Source of the DNA: an uncultured delta proteobacterium
GTDB taxonomy: Bacteria > Myxococcota > Kuafuiibacteriia > Kuafuiibacteriales > Kuafuiibacteriaceae
Direction of reading: 5' to 3'
NCBI GenBank assembly: GCA_963803435.1
Contig: CAWDML010000001.1
Span: 992,001 to 1,056,000 of the forward strand
Length of the DNA: 64,000 bases
Below the pieces are notes generated by a model that ran no database searches, was not told the origin of the DNA, and saw nothing but the letters and a program-made list of their open reading frames with translations. How positions within the stretch are numbered: the first letter of the stretch is position 1; each line of letters starts with the position of its first letter. Below, piece by piece: positions 58,710 to 64,000 of this stretch. The translations under genes and the position numbers were made by a program.

Positions 58710-58975
58710 TTCCGCTCCGGCTCCCAGAAGCTCGCGTTCCTCATGGATCGACTGCGCGCGAAGCAGCCTACGCTCATCGCCGTCACCCTGAAGCAGCGCG
58801 GTGGCTGGCACATCGTCCCGGTGATCGCGTATGACGACGACCGGATCTACGTCGTTTGGATCGTCGCTGGAGATGGTACGAAGAACCTTCGCGCCATCCC
58901 GAAGACCGAGCTCGTCCGCCGGCACGACGAATGGCCCGGGGGGAGACGACGTGGCCTTTCTGGTCACGCCCTCGA
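58710..58975 (+). pseudogene. C-terminal fragment of a C39-like/papain-fold peptidase
   Basis: PTLIAV...GWHIVPVIAYDDDRIY. Confidence 0.45.
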
Positions 58976-59038
58976 CGCCACGTCGCGCTCCACCCCAAAG
59001 CACCAGGTCATCGAGGCCTTGGCGTTCAAGAAGAAGTC

Positions 59039-59070
<32 letters not shown>

Positions 59071-59072
59071 GT

Positions 59073-59210
59073 GTCGTCCGGATGAGTGGCAAGGCCCGCA
59101 GCGAAGGCGTCGAGGAGCACCGGATCGAGCGCGTCCCGGTGCAGATCTACTCCGCACCAACGACCGTCGCAGACTGCTTCAAGTTCCGGGACACCGTCGG
59201 GCTCGACGTC
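59073..59210 (+). pseudogene. Internal fragment of an AbiEi-type (type IV TA) antitoxin
   Basis: VRMSGKARSEGVEEHRIERVPVQIYSAPTTVADCFKFRDTVGLDV. Confidence 0.75.
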
Positions 59211-59375
59211 GGCCATCGCCCAACGAGAGAACACGGTTCTCGTCTGATGGGATCGGGCAGGCGATCGTCGCAAGACGTAACGTGCGAAGACACCCGCTGT
59301 ACGCGAGGCGACAACTACGCTGGCACCGGGGGGATACGACCTGGGCTTGGATGCGCTCGCCCTCTCAGGTGCATC

Positions 59376-59480
59376 GACCGATAGAGCGAGGGCGCGAGGC
59401 CGAACCGTCCCTCGAAGGCGGTGCGAAAGCCCGACTCGGAGCGAAAGCCGATCGCCGCCGCGACCTCCGACACCGGAGAC
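59376..59480 (-). pseudogene. C-terminal HTH fragment of an AraC regulator
   Basis: PVSEVAAAIGFRSESGFRTAFEGRFGLAPSLYR. Confidence 0.75.
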
Positions 59481-59574
59481 GGGACGACCGAAGGAACGCG
59501 ACCACGGCCTCGCGTCCGGAGAACCACGTGGGGTACGGCGGTCTCTACTTCACGGAGCTCAAGGAGTTACAAGA

Positions 59575-60007
59575 CAGGCTACACCGACCCCAACGGATTG
59601 CCGCACGAGAGCTTCGAGATCGAGTACTTCCCGGACGGCCTCACGACGAGCATCACCCTCGACGGCCCGCTCACCGCCTCACGGACCTACAACGCGTTGG
59701 GTCAGGTAATCGAGACCGTCGATACCGCCGGAGGTACGACGACCTACCGCTACGACGGACGCGGCCACCTCATTCTCATCCGCGACCCGGCGGCAACGAC
59801 ACCCGCATGACGTTCGACGATCTCGGCCACCGCATCGCCATCAAGGACCCGGATCGGGGCGATCGGGCCTTCAAGTCGAACGGCGCCGGTGAGCTGACCG
59901 AGCAGACCGACGCCAACGGGGATGTGGTCACATTCGGGCACGACGATCTCGGGCGCGTCATCGACCGGAGCCTGAACGGACAGCTCGAGAGCCGATGGAC
60001 CTTCGAC
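59575..60007 (+). pseudogene. Internal YD/RHS repeat fragment with a frameshift at ~59790
   Basis: YNALGQVIETVDTAGGTTTYRYDGRG...FDDLGHRIAIKDPDRG...TDANG...HDDLGRV. Confidence 0.8.
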
Positions 60008-60301
60008 CTCATGGACGCCCGCCTGTTCTGGCCGAATCTCCAGGGCGCGAATCTCAAGGGACCGTGTGGCAGGGCGACGCGCGGACGAGCCCCACCTGCA
60101 CCGTCGCCATCGGCCAGGACTTCGGCGGCGGGCGCCGTCGGCTGCTGAGGCCGCGGGTACCACGTCGTAAGCGTCGGGGCTCGCGCGGCCTTTCAGCGGA
60201 TCGAACCTTTCGACGCGCGCGGACGTCTTGATCCCGAGCGGGCGCGGGACCGCGTCCCATCGCGGGACGGTTCGACGCCACGCGCACCGAGGAGGGGCAG
60301 C

Positions 60302-61300
60302 ATGAAGCTTTCACGCAGAGAGGTCTTGTGGACGCTCGGCAGCGGAACGGTGGTCGGCTTCGCATCCGTCGCCTGCGGCGGTTCGAAGAGCACCGCCCTC
60401 GACGGCGGAGCCTCACGCGACGGCGGGGGAGCCTCGCCCGACGGCGGAGCCGGCTCGCCGGAGTCGTACGTCGAGATCACCACCGACGGGCAATGGCGGC
60501 GCATCGTCTCCAACGGGATCCCCAATCATCCGACGGGGATGTTTCCGAATGCGCACGCCCCCCAGCCGCTCCTGGAGCAGAGCTACTCGTTTCGGGCCCC
60601 GCTCTCGCCCGTGAAGGCGAGCGCGCCGACGCCGATCGATCTCACGGATCCGGCTTCCACGTTGTTCGGGGTCGCGATCAACGGCGTGCCCTTCGATCCG
60701 GCGGGGCCGTGGTTCCACCAGGACGTTCAGACCGGCTGGCACTTCGAGGTGATGTCCGACGTCGCGCGGCCGACGCTCGGTCTCGACACCAGCAACGCTC
60801 ACACGCAACGCGGAGGCCGCTATCACTACCACGGGGTGCCCATCGGCCTGGTGAACGTGCTGCAGGCCGCCGGCGTCCCGGGCATGATGCTGCTCGGCTA
60901 CGGCGCCGACGGATTCCCGGTCTACGCCAACGCGGTGCACGAGGTCGCCGACGATCCGGCGAGCGCCCTGGTCGCCGCGCGATCGAGCTATCGGCTGCGT
61001 ACGGGGATGCGAGAGATCGATCCCGGCGGCTGCTTCGACGGCACGTTCGTTCAGGACTATGAGTACGTCGAGGGCCTCGGCAATCTCGACGAGTGCAACG
61101 GACGGGACGGAGCGACCCCCGAGTTTCCGGACGGCACCTACTACTACGTGGTCACCGATGCGTTCCCCTTCATCCCTCGGTTGCTCCGCGGCGCTCCGGA
61201 TCCCTCCTTCGACCTCCACCCTGGTGGCCCCGGGCCGGACGCGCCCGGCGGAGGTGCTCCGGTTCCGAGGGAGCTGATGGACTACCGTCCGGGATGCTGA
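60302..61300 (+). CDS. YHYH domain protein (Tat-exported lipoprotein)
   Basis: SRREVL Tat motif; SNGIPNH; GVAINGVPF; HTQRGGRYHYHG; GYGADGFPVY; LDECNG. Confidence 0.9.
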   Translation: MKLSRREVLWTLGSGTVVGFASVACGGSKSTALDGGASRDGGGASPDGGAGSPESYVEITTDGQWRRIVSNGIPNHPTGMFPNAHAPQPLLEQSYSFRAPLSPVKASAPTPIDLTDPASTLFGVAINGVPFDPAGPWFHQDVQTGWHFEVMSDVARPTLGLDTSNAHTQRGGRYHYHGVPIGLVNVLQAAGVPGMMLLGYGADGFPVYANAVHEVADDPASALVAARSSYRLRTGMREIDPGGCFDGTFVQDYEYVEGLGNLDECNGRDGATPEFPDGTYYYVVTDAFPFIPRLLRGAPDPSFDLHPGGPGPDAPGGGAPVPRELMDYRPGC

Positions 61301-61725
61301 TGGCGCGGTCGGGCGGCTTCTTGGCGGAGGATCCCGGACGGAGCATGTCGGATCGGCGAGCGTCCTTCGGCCTGATCGCGGCCATCGCCTGTGTCCTCGG
61401 TCTCGGCTGCGGAGCCTCCGATCCGCCGCGGACCGCTCCGGAGGTCGTCACGTTCGCCGAGGTGAACGCGATCGTGAAGCTGAGGTGCACCGGCGCCACC
61501 TGCCACGGGGTCTCGCACAACAACAGCACCATCTTCGAGGACAATCAGGCGAGCTTCGACGCCAGGAGCGCGCTGATCAAGACGCGTATCGAGGCGCCCC
61601 CCGGCACGCTGCGGATGCCTCCGGCGGGGGCGCCTCCGCTCACGGACGAGGAGAAGAGGATCCTCGCGGCATACTGCGATCGAGTTTCCGGCTCCGCCCT
61701 CATCGACGCGCGGACCTCCGAGTGA
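61300..61725 (+). CDS. Small c-type cytochrome-like lipoprotein with atypical CxxxxCH
   Basis: LGLGC lipobox; CTGATCH; RMPP...LTDEE. Confidence 0.7.
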   Translation: MARSGGFLAEDPGRSMSDRRASFGLIAAIACVLGLGCGASDPPRTAPEVVTFAEVNAIVKLRCTGATCHGVSHNNSTIFEDNQASFDARSALIKTRIEAPPGTLRMPPAGAPPLTDEEKRILAAYCDRVSGSALIDARTSE

Positions 61726-61773
61726 TAGCGAGAGCGTCGTGGCACGAGGAGCCAGTCTCGGAGCGGGGCGGCG

Positions 61774-62226
61774 ATGAGGCGCGTGGCCTTCCTCCGGGGC
61801 GCGAGCCTTCTGGCGCTCGGGTTCGGCCTCGGGTGGGCGGCGAGCGCGCTCCGCTTCGGCCCCCCGACGAGACCCGATCGCAGGGCACCTCCTCCTCTGC
61901 CGGACGTCGAGGCGTTCTCCTCCCTGGGGCTCGATCCTGGGCAGCTCGATCGGATCGAGGCGATCACGAGCGAGGGGCGAGAGCGCGAGCGCGAGCTCGC
62001 GGCGACGCTGGAGTCGGCGCGCCGGGACCTCGAGGAGGCGGTGGATTCGTCCCAGGACATCCCGTCGCTCCGGACCAAGTACGACGCCGTGATCGCGGCC
62101 AAGAACGCGCTGGAGAGGAACCACTTCGAGACGATGATGCAGATCCACGCGGTCTTGACGATGGATCAGATTCGCGCCCTGCGACGCCGTCGTCCTCGCG
62201 GACCGCCGCGCCGTCCCCCCGGATGA
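61774..62226 (+). CDS. Spy/CpxP-like periplasmic heavy-metal sensor family protein
   Basis: Signal/TM; LGLDPGQ...helical hairpin...VLTMDQ (LTxxQ). Confidence 0.75.
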   Translation: MRRVAFLRGASLLALGFGLGWAASALRFGPPTRPDRRAPPPLPDVEAFSSLGLDPGQLDRIEAITSEGRERERELAATLESARRDLEEAVDSSQDIPSLRTKYDAVIAAKNALERNHFETMMQIHAVLTMDQIRALRRRRPRGPPRRPPG

Positions 62227-62750
62227 GCGCACCGCCGCGGGATGGCCTCTCGACCGACGATCGGTTTCGAGCGGTGTACGAGGCGCACGCGCGCACGGTG
62301 CGGAGAGTGCTCCACCGGCTCGCGGCGCCGCGCGACCTCGACGACCTGGTGCAGATCACCTGGCTCAAGGTGTACGAGCGCATGGGCTCCCTTCGCGAGG
62401 ACGGCGCCGCCAAGACGTGGGTCTGTCGGATCGCCGTCAACGTCGCGAGGGATCGCTGGCGCGCCCGGAAGCGGGCGTCGTGGCTGCGATTCCTCGGCTG
62501 GGAGGAGGCTCCCGAGGCTCCTGATCCGAGCCCCGCGGCGGACGACCGGCTCGCTTCCAGCGAGAGGGTCCGGCGCGCGCTGGCGGCGCTGAGCCCCAAG
62601 CTTCGCGAGACCCTCGTGCTCTTCTCGATCGACCAGCTCGAGATTCGAGAGATTGCAACGATCCTCGAGATCCCCGAAGGTACGGTGAAGTCGCGTCTGA
62701 ATCAGGCGCGCGGGAAGCTTCGACTGCTCCTCGAAGGGGCCGAGCCATGA
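62223..62750 (+). CDS. ECF RNA polymerase sigma factor
   Basis: DDLVQITW, TWVCRIAVNVARD and EIATILEIPEGTVKSRL motifs. Confidence 0.92.
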   Translation: MSAPPRDGLSTDDRFRAVYEAHARTVRRVLHRLAAPRDLDDLVQITWLKVYERMGSLREDGAAKTWVCRIAVNVARDRWRARKRASWLRFLGWEEAPEAPDPSPAADDRLASSERVRRALAALSPKLRETLVLFSIDQLEIREIATILEIPEGTVKSRLNQARGKLRLLLEGAEP

Positions 62751-63067
62751 ACGATGATCTCCAGGACGATCTCGCGAAGAGGCTCGATGGCGCCCTGGGC
62801 GAGCCGCCCGACCCGCGGGAGGGAGAGCTGGCGCGGATCCTCGCTCGGGCGCGCGCGGACCGGCCGAGCCCGGCGCTCATCGTCGCCTTCGCCGCGAGCG
62901 TCCTCTTCGCCCTGTCGGTGATCCTCGTGTGCCAGCCCCGCGAGCGCCCCGTTCCGCGAAACGCGGACCCCTATCAGGCAGCGCTCGGGAGCCCGCACGA
63001 CGAGAGCCTCGCCGACTACGAAGCGCTCGCCCTCTATGCTCAGTCCCAGCGCGCGCGAGATCGTTGA
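62747..63067 (+). CDS. Putative single-TM anti-sigma factor
   Basis: ATGA coupling to the ECF gene; one TM segment. Confidence 0.65.
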   Translation: MNDDLQDDLAKRLDGALGEPPDPREGELARILARARADRPSPALIVAFAASVLFALSVILVCQPRERPVPRNADPYQAALGSPHDESLADYEALALYAQSQRARDR

Positions 63068-63447
63068 AGCGCCCTGGCTGGTCGAGGCCGGCGGATCATC
63101 CTCCGGGTAGAACAGCGTGGGATCGACGTAACCGCGGCGCGTCCGGATGCTCCGGCGGCTCGATCTCGGGGCGAAGCGCCCGCGCCCGTTCTGGTCGGGC
63201 GAGCGGCAGGATCTGCCGAAGGAGATCGCGTTCAACCCGCGGCAGGGAAGCACCACGGGTTCTACGGCAACGGCCTCGCCCTGGACGCGATCGTGCTGTT
63301 GCTTCAATCGCGCTTCACGTCTTCATCGATCCAGACTCGCGGGATCGGCGACGGTTGGCAAGTCGTCGCCGCTCCCCGATCTCGGCTGTCTCGACCTGAT
63401 CCGCAATCCTCGAGGTACGAGAGCGGGCAGACGGGTAGAATGCCGGC

Positions 63448-63891
63448 ATCCGGATCACGACCTTTCTCCTCCTGCTCGCGTCCAGCGCCTGCGCCGACAC
63501 CGGCTACCTCGACGCGATCAGCTCGAACGCGCCGATCGGCGCGCACCTCGCCCGCCAGCAGCGAGCGCTCTGGCTGCTGCACGGGGCCCCCTGGCTCCTC
63601 TTCTTCGGCGCCGCCGCGATCGCGATCGTCATCGGCCTCGGCTGGGAGCGGTGGCGCGCGAAAAACCTTCGTCGCGCGATCCGACTCCTGCTGGTCGCGG
63701 CGATCGCGCTGCCGCTGCTCTTCACGCTGGCCCCGCTCTATCCGCTGTTCTTCGCCGTCGCGAGGCCGGAGCCGAGCGCCATCCGGAACGCGCTCGCCGA
63801 GTCACTGAACGGCCTCGCGCTCGGCGCGGTCCTGGACCTCGCCGGGCTCGGGCTGTTCTGGATCGGCCGGAGGCTGCGCCGGATCTCCTGA
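63448..63891 (+). CDS. Small membrane (lipo)protein lacking a canonical start codon (ATC at 63448)
   Basis: Open frame (M)RITTFLLLLASSAC...three TMs...GRRLRRIS*; TAGAAT 6 nt upstream; absent from the ORF track. Confidence 0.5.
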   Translation: MRITTFLLLLASSACADTGYLDAISSNAPIGAHLARQQRALWLLHGAPWLLFFGAAAIAIVIGLGWERWRAKNLRRAIRLLLVAAIALPLLFTLAPLYPLFFAVARPEPSAIRNALAESLNGLALGAVLDLAGLGLFWIGRRLRRIS

Positions 63892-64000
63892 GCGCTGCGT
63901 CTCGGCCGTTCGAGCTCACCACCGAAGCACCGAGGCACGCACGATCAAAGACGCTTCGGACGCGCAACGGCGAGGCCACCCGCTCGACACGGCGTTGACC

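Overview
High-GC window that reads as a Myxococcota/deltaproteobacterial chromosome, based on Glt gliding genes, MYXO-CTERM-like proteins and a Ser/Thr kinase-TPR pair. It looks like a long-read assembly with a few single-base indels. Left to right: gene debris around an initiator tRNA-Met; acyl-CoA catabolism genes; kynA, hom, metF, thrC, cysS and rnz; several cell-wall peptidases; an ECF42-YciI pair; and an HD-GYP phosphodiesterase. Next comes a compact gltK/gltA-C-D-E-F-G gliding-machinery locus, interrupted between gltE and gltF by a perfect 4x65-bp double-hairpin non-coding array. It is followed by a glycan-modification operon (GT2, methyltransferase, pyruvyltransferase, FrhB-like, deacetylase, GT-C-like, flippase-like) and an IS1182 element with unusually long hexamer-containing inverted repeats and an apparently catalytically deleted transposase. 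The right end holds a ~2-kb mosaic of unrelated gene fragments containing a tRNA-Sec 3' att-like remnant, then a YHYH/cytochrome c/Spy-like/ECF/anti-sigma module. Also notable: frameshifts cluster at GATC, and many genes look leaderless. All protein calls come from motif recognition by eye; no database searches were run.
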